Shown: in pieces, positions 19,947 through 27,782 of the stretch
How positions within the stretch are numbered: the stretch's first letter is position 1
Layout: every line of letters begins with the position of its first letter
Assembly (NCBI GenBank): GCA_027483795.1
Contig: JAIXTT010000093.1
Span: forward strand, 4,238 to 68,237
Reading direction: 5' to 3'
DNA length: 64,000 nucleotides
Source: Hyphomicrobiales bacterium
Lineage (GTDB): Bacteria > Pseudomonadota > Alphaproteobacteria > Rhizobiales > Beijerinckiaceae
The notes under the pieces: model-generated
The model's input: only the letters and a program-made list of their open reading frames with translations
Told to the model about the DNA's origin: nothing
The model's database searches: none
Translations under genes and position numbers: made by a program

Positions 19947-19970
19947 GGGGCGCGGAGCGATCCGCGCCCC
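19947..19970 (+). promoter_or_regulatory. intercistronic GC hairpin after aapJ
   Basis: GGGGCGCGGA-GCGA-TCCGCGCCCC is a perfect 10-bp stem lying 14 nt after the aapJ stop. There is no U-tract. Confidence 0.5.
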
Positions 19971-20031
19971 GATTCCGTTCGGTTGAGGCGTTTTTTCAGC
20001 CTGAACCGCAAGTCTTCATCGGGGTAGATGC

Positions 20032-21228
20032 ATGTCTTCGAGCGCAGCACCGCGGCCGGACGAGCGACCGAAAGTGTCGCCATGGAACGACCCGCGGGTT
20101 CGCAGCTTCGTTTTTCAGGGCTTTCTGATCCTCGTCATCGGCTTCCTGATCTACGAAGCCGTCGACAACGCTTCGGACAACCTGCGGCGCCAACGGATCG
20201 CGACAGGCCTCGGCTTCTGGGATTCGCCCGCGGGCTTCCCGATCAGCCAGAGCATGATCTTCTATTCGGAGACGTCGAGCAGCTACGGCGACGCCTTCCT
20301 CGTCGGTCTCCTGAACACGCTTCTGGTGGCCGCCATCGGCATCGTGCTCGCCACCGTCCTCGGCTTCACGGTCGGCATCGCGCGGCTTTCGAAGAACATT
20401 CTCGTCGCCGGCATCGCCCGCTGGTACATCGAGATCATCCGCAATCTGCCGCTGCTGCTGCAATTGCTGTTCTGGTACAACGCGGTCCTCAAGGCGCTTC
20501 CGGGCGTTCGCGAGAGCGCGGCGCTGCCCTTTTCGAGCTTCCTGAACAATCGCGGCCTCTTCATGCCGAAGCCGTTGCCCGGCGCCGGTTTCGACTATGT
20601 CCTGATCGCTTTTTTCGTCGCGGTCGCGGCGGCGATCGGCTTCCGCATCTGGGCCCGGCGTCGTCAGGAACGTACCGGTCTTCAGGCTCCCGTCGGCTCG
20701 GTCACGCTGGCGCTCCTGATCCTTCCCGCGAGCCTCGTCTATGTCGCGCTCGGCGGCCCCTTGACCTTCGACGTGCCGACGGCGGGCCGCTTCAACATCA
20801 CGGGCGGCATGGTGCTGCAGCCCGAATTCCTCGCGCTGTTGTTCGGACTGGTGATCTACACGGCGGCCTTCATCGCCGAAGTGGTGCGCGCGGGCATTCT
20901 CGCGGTCTCGCGCGGCCAGACCGAAGCGGCCTTCGCGCTGGGTCTGAGGCCGAACCTCACCACCAAGCTCGTCATCGTTCCGCAGGCGATGCGCGTGATC
21001 ATCCCGCCGCTGACGAGCCAATATCTCAACCTGACGAAGAATTCGTCGCTCGCCGTCTTCGTCGGCTATCCGGATCTCGCCAACGTCTTCACGGGCACCG
21101 TTCTCAACCAGACGGGACAGGCCATCGAAGTCGTCGGCATCACCATGCTCGTCTATCTCACGATCAGCCTCGGAACTTCGGCGCTCATGAATTGGTACAA
21201 CAGCCGCAAGGCGTTGGTGGAACGGTGA
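20032..21228 (+). CDS. aapQ: amino acid ABC transporter permease
   Basis: 398 aa and polytopic. NLRRQRIATGLGFWDSPAGFPISQS and the EAA-type loop AFALGLRPNLTTKLVIVPQAMRVIIPP are AapQ/BztB-like. Confidence 0.9.
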   Translation: MSSSAAPRPDERPKVSPWNDPRVRSFVFQGFLILVIGFLIYEAVDNASDNLRRQRIATGLGFWDSPAGFPISQSMIFYSETSSSYGDAFLVGLLNTLLVAAIGIVLATVLGFTVGIARLSKNILVAGIARWYIEIIRNLPLLLQLLFWYNAVLKALPGVRESAALPFSSFLNNRGLFMPKPLPGAGFDYVLIAFFVAVAAAIGFRIWARRRQERTGLQAPVGSVTLALLILPASLVYVALGGPLTFDVPTAGRFNITGGMVLQPEFLALLFGLVIYTAAFIAEVVRAGILAVSRGQTEAAFALGLRPNLTTKLVIVPQAMRVIIPPLTSQYLNLTKNSSLAVFVGYPDLANVFTGTVLNQTGQAIEVVGITMLVYLTISLGTSALMNWYNSRKALVER

Positions 21229-21238
21229 GGGCCGAAAC

Positions 21239-22417
21239 ATGACCGTCACCGAACCCCCCGGCGTCGCTCCCGGCAACCGCGGAAACGCGGACTTCGTCCG
21301 ATCCGCCATGGCTCCGGCCGCGAAGCCGCCGTCCTCCGAGGTCGGCGCGATCGCGTGGTTGCGGCACAACCTGTTCACGGGCCCGCTCAACACGTTGCTC
21401 ACGATCGGGCTCGTCCTGCTGGGCTATTGGACGATCCCGCCGCTGGTCGACTATCTCTTCATCGACGCGGTCTGGACCGGATCGGATCGCGAAGCCTGCA
21501 TCTACACCGCCGAGCGGACGAAGGTCGGGGCTTGCTGGGCCTTCGTGGTCGATCGCGCGGCCTTCTTCACCTACGGCTTCTATCCGCTCGCGGAACGCTG
21601 GAGGATCGACGTCTTCTTCGTCCTGCTCGTGATCGGGATCGTCTGGCTCCTGCATCTGCGCGCCCCGCGCAAGGACCTCGCGGCGATCTACGGCTTCGTC
21701 TTCCTGCCCGTCGCGTCCTTCCTTCTTCTGTCCGGCACGCCGTCGCTCGGCCTTCCGACCGTGCCCACCAATCTCTGGGGCGGCATGATGGTCTCGGTCG
21801 TCGTCTCGGCGGTCGGCATCGTGGTCTCGTTGCCGCTCGGCATCCTGCTCGCGCTCGGCCGACGTTCGAACATGCCCGCGGCGAAGCTGTTCTGCGTGAT
21901 CTTCATCGAATTCGTGCGCGGCGTGCCGCTCATCACGGTGCTGTTCATGGCGAGCGTGATGCTGCCGCTGTTCGTGCCGGACTACATGCAGCCCGACAAG
22001 CTGCTGCGCGCGCTCGTCGGCATCGCGCTTTTCGCCTCCGCCTACATGGCGGAAGTCGTGCGCGCGGGTCTGCAGGCGCTGCCCAAGGGGCAATATGAAG
22101 GCGCGATGTCGCTCGGCCTCGGCTGGGGACAGATGATGCGGCTCATCATCCTCCCGCAGGCGCTCAAGATCACGATCCCGAACATCGTGAACACCTATAT
22201 CGGCCTGTTCAAGGACACGACGCTCGTCGTGATCGTCGGCATCTTCGACTTCCTGAAGGCCATCGAGGCCTCGCGCATCGATCCGACCTGGGCCGCGCCG
22301 ACGGTCAGCACGACGGGCTACATCTACGCCTCCATCTTCTACTTCTTCTGCTGCTACGCGATGTCCGCCTATGCCCGAAGCGTCGAACGACGCTTGGCCG
22401 TGGCCGACAAGCGTTGA
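21239..22417 (+). CDS. aapM: amino acid ABC transporter permease
   Basis: 392 aa. [17 protein letters not shown] and [27 protein letters not shown] are AapM/BztC-like. Confidence 0.9.
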   Translation: MTVTEPPGVAPGNRGNADFVRSAMAPAAKPPSSEVGAIAWLRHNLFTGPLNTLLTIGLVLLGYWTIPPLVDYLFIDAVWTGSDREACIYTAERTKVGACWAFVVDRAAFFTYGFYPLAERWRIDVFFVLLVIGIVWLLHLRAPRKDLAAIYGFVFLPVASFLLLSGTPSLGLPTVPTNLWGGMMVSVVVSAVGIVVSLPLGILLALGRRSNMPAAKLFCVIFIEFVRGVPLITVLFMASVMLPLFVPDYMQPDKLLRALVGIALFASAYMAEVVRAGLQALPKGQYEGAMSLGLGWGQMMRLIILPQALKITIPNIVNTYIGLFKDTTLVVIVGIFDFLKAIEASRIDPTWAAPTVSTTGYIYASIFYFFCCYAMSAYARSVERRLAVADKR

Positions 22418-22427
22418 GGAACACGCG

Positions 22428-23207
22428 ATGACGAACACAGCCCCCGCCGGCCTGAAGCCCGCGAAACTCACCCACGAGACGGCGATCGAGATGATCGGCG
22501 TCAACAAGTGGTACGGCGAGTTCCATGTTCTTCGCGACATCGATCTCACGATCGCGCGCGGCGAGCGTGTCGTCGTCTGCGGCCCGTCCGGCTCCGGCAA
22601 GTCGACCTTGATCCGCTGCGTCAATCGGCTCGAAGAGCATCAGAAGGGCCGGATCATCGTCGACGGCGTGGAACTCACGAACGACCTCAAGCGGATCGAC
22701 GAGATCCGCCGCGAGGTCGGCATGGTGTTCCAGCACTTCAACCTGTTCCCGCATCTCACGATCCTCGAGAACTGCACGCTCGCGCCGATCTGGGTGAAGA
22801 AGATGCCGAAGAAGGACGCGGAGGAGGTGGCCATGCACTACCTCACGCGCGTGAAGATCCCCGAACAGGCGTTGAAATATCCGGGCCAGCTCTCCGGCGG
22901 CCAGCAGCAGCGCGTGGCGATCGCGCGGTCGCTCTGCATGAGCCCCAAGATCATGCTGTTCGACGAGCCGACCTCGGCGCTCGACCCCGAAATGGTCAAG
23001 GAAGTGCTCGACACCATGGTGGCGCTCGCGGAAGAGGGCATGACCATGATCTGCGTGACCCATGAAATGGGCTTCGCCCGTCAGGTCGCCGACCGGGTCA
23101 TCTTCATGGATCAAGGGCAGATCGTCGAAGCCAACACCCCCGACGAGTTCTTCCGCGATCCCCGCCACGAGCGGACCAGGCTGTTCCTCAGCCAGATCCT
23201 GCACTGA
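22428..23207 (+). CDS. aapP: amino acid ABC transporter ATP-binding protein
   Basis: ATG 22428 lies after GAGGAA. Walker [23 protein letters not shown] and Walker [12 protein letters not shown]. Confidence 0.93.
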   Translation: MTNTAPAGLKPAKLTHETAIEMIGVNKWYGEFHVLRDIDLTIARGERVVVCGPSGSGKSTLIRCVNRLEEHQKGRIIVDGVELTNDLKRIDEIRREVGMVFQHFNLFPHLTILENCTLAPIWVKKMPKKDAEEVAMHYLTRVKIPEQALKYPGQLSGGQQQRVAIARSLCMSPKIMLFDEPTSALDPEMVKEVLDTMVALAEEGMTMICVTHEMGFARQVADRVIFMDQGQIVEANTPDEFFRDPRHERTRLFLSQILH

Positions 23208-23243
23208 GCCGACACGCGCCGGCACCGCCGCCGCTCCCCCCCC

Positions 23244-23445
23244 GTCATGCCCGCGCCTGCGGGCATCCACGTCTTGAACCCCCCCGTCATTGCGAGCGAA
23301 TGCGAAGCAATCCAGCGGTTGCCGGGGGGGCACCACCCCACGCCCGCCGTGGATTGCCGCGTCGCCGCGCTCCTCGCAATGACGGGGGAAGGCCCCATGG
23401 TGTCATCCCGGCCGCAGCGCAGCGGAGAGCCGGGACCCAGGAAAC
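23244..23445. repeat. composite array of three palindromic repeat modules
   Basis: Module A spans 23244-23276 (GTCATGCCCGC-GCCT-GCGGGCATCCACGTCTTG). Module B spans 23286-23383 and is a long imperfect hairpin (GTCATTGCGAG...GCAATCCA...TGGATTGC...CTCGCAATGAC). Module C starts at 23402 (GTCATCCCGGCCGCAGCGCAGCGGAGAGCCGGGACCCAG). Confidence 0.7.
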
Positions 23446-23540
23446 ACGAAGGCGCTTCATACGCCCGTTCACGTGATGCCGATCCGCCGCAGCCGACCCG
23501 ATACGCCACCACGGAAGCGCACCACCTGCGCCTCCTTCTT

Positions 23541-23569
23541 TTGACGGCGTCAAAATATCTTCCCCAACG
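23541..23569 (+). promoter_or_regulatory. candidate sigma-32-type promoter of hsp20
   Basis: TTGACG (23541-46), N15, CCCCAACG (23562-69) loosely fits CTTGAA-N13-15-CCCCATNT. The -35 lies in the perfect palindrome TTGACG-G-CGTCAA (23541-53). Confidence 0.3.
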
Positions 23570-23633
23570 GCATATATGTTCTCCCGTCGGTGGCCGAGGG
23601 CCCCGCGGAACCTTGAACATCAGGGAGGCGAGA

Positions 23634-24191
23634 ATGCTGAACATGCTGCCGTCGCTGTGGGGCAACGAGCCCCGTGATCCATTCGCGGGCTTCCGTCGCG
23701 AAATGGACGATCTGATGCGCGATTTCGGGCGTCGTCTGCCGAGTATCTGGGAAAGCGGAGTGCCGGGCCTCGCCATGCCCTCGGTCGACGTGTCGGAGAC
23801 GCGCGACGCCGTCGAGATCACCGCCGAGCTTCCCGGCGTGGAGGAGAAGGACATCCGCCTTTCGATCGAAGGCAGTCGGCTGATCCTCGAAGGCGAGAAG
23901 AAGGCGGAAAGCACGCGGCACGAAAAGGAGTGCACCCTGACGGAGCGCACTTACGGCTCGTTCCGACGCTCGATCCCGCTGAGCTTCGAGCCCGGTGAGG
24001 CCGAAATCGCCGCACGGTTCGACAAGGGCGTGCTGCATGTCGGCATACCCAAACCCGCGACCATGCGCGTCGCGCGGCGCGAGATCCCGATCGCGAACGG
24101 CGAAGGGTCCCGCGATGCGGGAAAGGCCGTTCCGGAAAGCGCGGGCGGAGCCGGTGAGACGGTCGCGGGCGGCGAACGCCGCCGCGCCTGA
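23634..24191 (+). CDS. Hsp20/alpha-crystallin family small heat-shock protein
   Basis: ATG 23634 lies after GGGAGG. The alpha-crystallin core is PSVDVSETRDAVEITAELPGVEEKDIRLSIEGSRLILEGEKK...YGSFRRSIPL...GVLHVGIPK, followed by the IPI (I-x-I) motif. The upstream part of ORF 23247.. runs through repeats and is rejected. Confidence 0.88.
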   Translation: MLNMLPSLWGNEPRDPFAGFRREMDDLMRDFGRRLPSIWESGVPGLAMPSVDVSETRDAVEITAELPGVEEKDIRLSIEGSRLILEGEKKAESTRHEKECTLTERTYGSFRRSIPLSFEPGEAEIAARFDKGVLHVGIPKPATMRVARREIPIANGEGSRDAGKAVPESAGGAGETVAGGERRRA

Positions 24192-25034
24192 TCAGGCCGG
24201 GCCGGTCGCGATGGGCCGTCCCGGCGTCGAGGCCCATTCGGACCAGGATCCGTCATAGAGCCCCTTGCCGGTTCGGCCGAAGCTTTCGAGAGCCAGCGTG
24301 ATGATCGCCGCGGAGACGCCCGAGCCGCAGGTGGTCATCACGGGCTTGTCCGGGTCCACGCCCGCATCGGCGAAGGCGCGCGCCAGTTCGTCGCGCGACT
24401 TGAGCCGCCCGTCCTCGATCAGTCGGACGGAAGGCAGGCTCAGAGAGCCGGGGATATGACCGGACGACAGACCCGGACGCGGCTCCGGCGCCTCGCCGCG
24501 GAAGCGTTCGGCCGAGCGTGCATCGACCACCTGCACGCCCGCCCCGAGCGCCCGGTCGACATCGGCCATACCGGCGATCGCCCCGTGATCGAGCCGCGGC
24601 GTGAAGGTCGCGGGGCGGATGCGGGACGGCTCGTCCGTCCAAGGACGACCTTCGCTTTTCCATTTCGGCGCGCCGCCGTCGAGAATGGCGACGTCCCGCG
24701 CCCCGAAGGTCCGGAAGGTCCACCAGACCCGCGGCGCCGAGAACAGGCCCGCGCCGTCATAAACCACGATCCGCTTGCCGTCGCCGATTCCGAGCGCGCC
24801 CACCGCACGGGCGAATTCCTCGGGGCCGGGCAGCATGTGCGGCAGCCGCGAGCTCTTGTCGCTGATCGCGTCGATGTCGAAGAACACCGCGCCCGGAATA
24901 TGCCCGGCTTCATATTCCGCCCGGCCGTCGCGGTTCTGAGCGGGGAGATACCAGGAGCCGTCGACCACCACGAGATCCGGCGCGGAAAGCTCCGCGGCCA
25001 GCCGTTCGGTGGAAACGAGATGCGGGTTCGACAT
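24192..25034 (-). CDS. sseA: 3-mercaptopyruvate sulfurtransferase (tandem rhodanese)
   Basis: GHIPGAVFFDID, the two-rhodanese layout and the active-site loop TTCGSGVSAA (the CG[ST]GV[ST]A motif of MSTs). Confidence 0.9.
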   Translation of the reverse strand: MSNPHLVSTERLAAELSAPDLVVVDGSWYLPAQNRDGRAEYEAGHIPGAVFFDIDAISDKSSRLPHMLPGPEEFARAVGALGIGDGKRIVVYDGAGLFSAPRVWWTFRTFGARDVAILDGGAPKWKSEGRPWTDEPSRIRPATFTPRLDHGAIAGMADVDRALGAGVQVVDARSAERFRGEAPEPRPGLSSGHIPGSLSLPSVRLIEDGRLKSRDELARAFADAGVDPDKPVMTTCGSGVSAAIITLALESFGRTGKGLYDGSWSEWASTPGRPIATGPA

Positions 25035-25060
25035 GGGGGATCCTCGAAATGCGTTGTCGT

Positions 25061-25771
25061 TCAGACGAGCGCGATCCGCACGCGGCGGTTCTGCTTGCCT
25101 TTCTTCTCGATGCTCGTGACGGCCACGGCGCCGATCTCGCGCGTGTTGCGGACATGCGTTCCGCCGCAGGGCTGGAGGTCCAGGCCTTCGATTTCGACGA
25201 GCCGGACGCGTCCCGAGCCCATCGGCGGCTTCACCGACATGGTCTTCACGAGTTCGGGATTGGCGAGAAGCTCGTCGTCGGTGATCCAGCGTTCGGTGAC
25301 GTCGGCATGCTTGCCGATGATCTCCGCGAGCTTGGCCGTGATCTCGTCCTTCTCGATCGCGTCCGGAATGTCGAAATCCAGCCGCCCCTCGCCGTCGCCG
25401 ATCGAACCGCCGGTGACGGGGTAGGGGAGCACGACGGTCAGGAGATGCAGCGCGGTATGAACGCGCATCCGCTGGAGACGGACGAACCCGTCGAGCTTCG
25501 CCGTCACGGCTTCGCCCGCTGCCGGCAGGTCCTGCCCTTCGGCGGGGACATGCACGATCTCGGTCTTGTCCTCGCCGTAGACCGCCGTCGCGATGCGGAT
25601 TTCCGACCCGTCCGCGCGGACGAGCGCGCCCGTATCTCCCGGCTGTCCGCCGCCCGTGGCGTAGAAGACCGTCCGGTCGAGGACGATACCGCCCCTCTCG
25701 TTCACCGAGAGAACCGTGGCGGACGTTTCGGTCAGATAAGCGTCGGCGCGGAAAAGAAGTTCGGTCGGCAT
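25061..25771 (-). CDS. alaX: alanyl-tRNA editing protein (AlaX-type, tRNA_SAD domain)
   Basis: ATG 25771 gives MPTELLFRADAYL...FYATGGGQPGDTG...HTALHLL (HxxxH)...QPCGGTHV (CxxxH), the zinc motifs of the AlaRS editing domain. It shares 1 nt with the cysK-like stop. Confidence 0.85.
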   Translation of the reverse strand: MPTELLFRADAYLTETSATVLSVNERGGIVLDRTVFYATGGGQPGDTGALVRADGSEIRIATAVYGEDKTEIVHVPAEGQDLPAAGEAVTAKLDGFVRLQRMRVHTALHLLTVVLPYPVTGGSIGDGEGRLDFDIPDAIEKDEITAKLAEIIGKHADVTERWITDDELLANPELVKTMSVKPPMGSGRVRLVEIEGLDLQPCGGTHVRNTREIGAVAVTSIEKKGKQNRRVRIALV

Positions 25772-26802
25772 CACTGAAGGTCCGGCTTGATGGCGGAGGC
25801 TCGTTCGAGCCAAGCGGGGACGGGCAGCCCTTTCGAACGAAGGAAGTCCGGATTGTAGAGCTTGGAGGCGTAACGGGTTCCGCCGTCGCAGAGGATCGTG
25901 ACGATCGTCTTGCCCGGCCCGAGATGCCGCGCGAGCCGCATCGCGCCCGCCACGTTCACGCCGGAAGACCCGCCGAGGCAGAGCCCCTCCTGTTCCAGAA
26001 GATCGAAGGTGACGGGGATCGCCTCTTCGTCCGGAATACGGAAGGAGACGTCGATCGGCGCATCCACGAGGTTCGTCGTGATGCGGCCCTGTCCGATCCC
26101 CTCGGTGATCGAGGAGCCCTCGGCCTTCAACTCGCCCGTCGTGTACCAGGCATGAAGCGCCGCGCCCATCGGATCGGCGAGACCGATGGTGATCCCGGGA
26201 TTGCGGGCCTTCAGCGCCAACCCCGTGCCTGCGAGCGTCCCGCCGGTGCCCACCGCGCAGATGAAGCCGTCGACCTTGCCGTCCGTCTGCTCGTAGATTT
26301 CCGGCCCCGTCGTTTCGACATGCGCCTGCCGGTTGGCGACATTGTCGAACTGGTTCGCCCAGACGGCGCCCTGAGGGTGCTCCCGCGCGAGCCGCTCCGC
26401 GAGCCGGCCCGAGACCTTCACGTAATTGTTGGGGTTGGCATAAGGCACGGCCGGAACCTCGACCAGTTCCGCGCCGACCTGCCGCAGCATGTCCTTTTTT
26501 TCCTGCGACTGCGTGTCGGGGATCACGATCACGGTCCGGAAGCCCAAGGCGTTGCCGAGCAGCGCCAGCCCGATGCCCGTATTCCCCGCCGTGCCCTCGA
26601 CGATGATCCCGCCCGGTTTCAGCCGGCCGCCTTCCACCGCATCGCGGATGATCCCCGCCGCCGCGCGGTCCTTCACGGAGCCGCCGGGGTTCATGAACTC
26701 GGCCTTGCCGAGAATGGTGCACCCCGTGAGGGCGGACGCGCCTCGAAGCTTGATCAGCGGCGTACGCCCGACGGCGTCGACGATGCCGTTCCGGATGGTC
26801 AT
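25771..26802 (-). CDS. cysK: PLP-dependent cysteine synthase family protein
   Basis: The internal ATG at 26802 gives MTIRNGIVDAVGRTPLIKL...EFMNPGGSVKDRAA (PLP lysine)...EGTAGNTGIGLA...GTGGTLAG. At 343 aa it is a slightly long CysK/CBS-like variant. Confidence 0.85.
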   Translation of the reverse strand: MTIRNGIVDAVGRTPLIKLRGASALTGCTILGKAEFMNPGGSVKDRAAAGIIRDAVEGGRLKPGGIIVEGTAGNTGIGLALLGNALGFRTVIVIPDTQSQEKKDMLRQVGAELVEVPAVPYANPNNYVKVSGRLAERLAREHPQGAVWANQFDNVANRQAHVETTGPEIYEQTDGKVDGFICAVGTGGTLAGTGLALKARNPGITIGLADPMGAALHAWYTTGELKAEGSSITEGIGQGRITTNLVDAPIDVSFRIPDEEAIPVTFDLLEQEGLCLGGSSGVNVAGAMRLARHLGPGKTIVTILCDGGTRYASKLYNPDFLRSKGLPVPAWLERASAIKPDLQ

Positions 26803-27006
26803 GGCTCTGCGCTTTCCTCGTTTCCCCGGCTCGCCGACGCTAGTGGCCGATCCGGCGCTCGGCAAGCCGATGCTCCCTCGCAGGAAGCCCCGTCCTCCTT
26901 CGAAAGAAGGGGGTGTTGCGACAATAAGGCTCGGCCTCGATACGTGAAAATACGAATGGAAGATGGCGCGGAAAACGCGAATTTCGGGCATGTTCGGCTC
27001 AGTGGA

Positions 27007-27032
27007 TGATCCGCTCGGCGAAGCGGTTCGTA
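27007..27032 (+). promoter_or_regulatory. sigma-E (RpoE/ChrR class) type promoter candidate
   Basis: TGATCC (27007-12), N16, CGTA (27029-32), about 55 nt upstream of the chrR-like TTG. The same motif and spacing occur upstream of phr. Confidence 0.5.
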
Positions 27033-27087
27033 GCGAGGCGTAACGAAGCTTCCGGTTCTGCGGGCCGGCGACGAAGAGGCACTAGTC

Positions 27088-27741
27088 TTGATTCACGACT
27101 CCAAAGGCGCCGGACGCGACAAACCCTTGGACGCCCTTCTTGCGGGTTACGCCGCGGGCACGCTCGGCCCCTCGCTCCACCGCCTCGTCGCCGCTCATCT
27201 CGCGATCAAGCCCGACAATCGCCGTTTCGTCCGCATGCTCGAGGCGAGTGCCGCCTCCGAATTCGAGAATTCCGCTCCGGCCCCGATCAATGATCGCGAC
27301 GCGCGCCTCGCGGCGATCTTCTCGGCGACCGAAGAGAACGCGTCCCCGCGCCGCGTCGACGGGATCGTTCCCGCTCCGCTCGTGGATTTCATCGGGCGCG
27401 ACCTGTCGGACATCCGCTGGAAGACCGTACTGCCCGGCATCCGCGAGCATCGCGTGTCCGACGATTCGAACGGCGAAGCGTCTCTGCTGTGGATCAGGCC
27501 CGGCCGCATCATGCCTGCGCACACGCATGAGGGCGTCGAAGTCACGCTGGTCCTCAAGGGAGGCTTCTCCGACGCCACGGGGCACTATCGGCGCGGCGAC
27601 ATCGCCATCGCCGATCACGAAGTCGATCATCGTCCCCGCGCCGACGAGGACGAGGACTGCATCTGCTTCGCGGTCACGGATGCGCCGCTTCGCCTGACGG
27701 GCCCCGTCGGCCGGCTCGTTCAGCGCTTCATCGGTCACTGA
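27088..27741 (+). CDS. chrR: ChrR-like anti-sigma/cupin protein (zinc-binding cysteines absent)
   Basis: The TTG start lies after AGAGG. The N-terminus is LDALLAGYAAGTLGPSLHRLVAAHLAIKPDNRRF. The C-terminal cupin carries HTHEGVEVTLVLKG...GHYRRGD. The 217-aa size fits ChrR. Confidence 0.8.
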   Translation: MIHDSKGAGRDKPLDALLAGYAAGTLGPSLHRLVAAHLAIKPDNRRFVRMLEASAASEFENSAPAPINDRDARLAAIFSATEENASPRRVDGIVPAPLVDFIGRDLSDIRWKTVLPGIREHRVSDDSNGEASLLWIRPGRIMPAHTHEGVEVTLVLKGGFSDATGHYRRGDIAIADHEVDHRPRADEDEDCICFAVTDAPLRLTGPVGRLVQRFIGH

Positions 27742-27782
27742 ACCGACGGCCGCTCCCGACCGTAGACGGTCGGGGAGCACCG

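Noticed and set aside
23244-23445. A CRISPR-like appearance from closely spaced palindromic repeats.
   Set aside because: The units belong to different sequence modules, the spacing is irregular, there are only one to three units per locus at four scattered loci, and no cas genes are present. They fit REP/MITE-like elements.
27006-27293. The 95-aa ORF upstream of and overlapping chrR, considered as a remnant or miniature sigma factor.
   Set aside because: It is too short, it is Arg-rich low complexity with no region 2 or region 4 motifs, and it overlaps the chrR-like frame. The sigma-E-like promoter also lies inside it.
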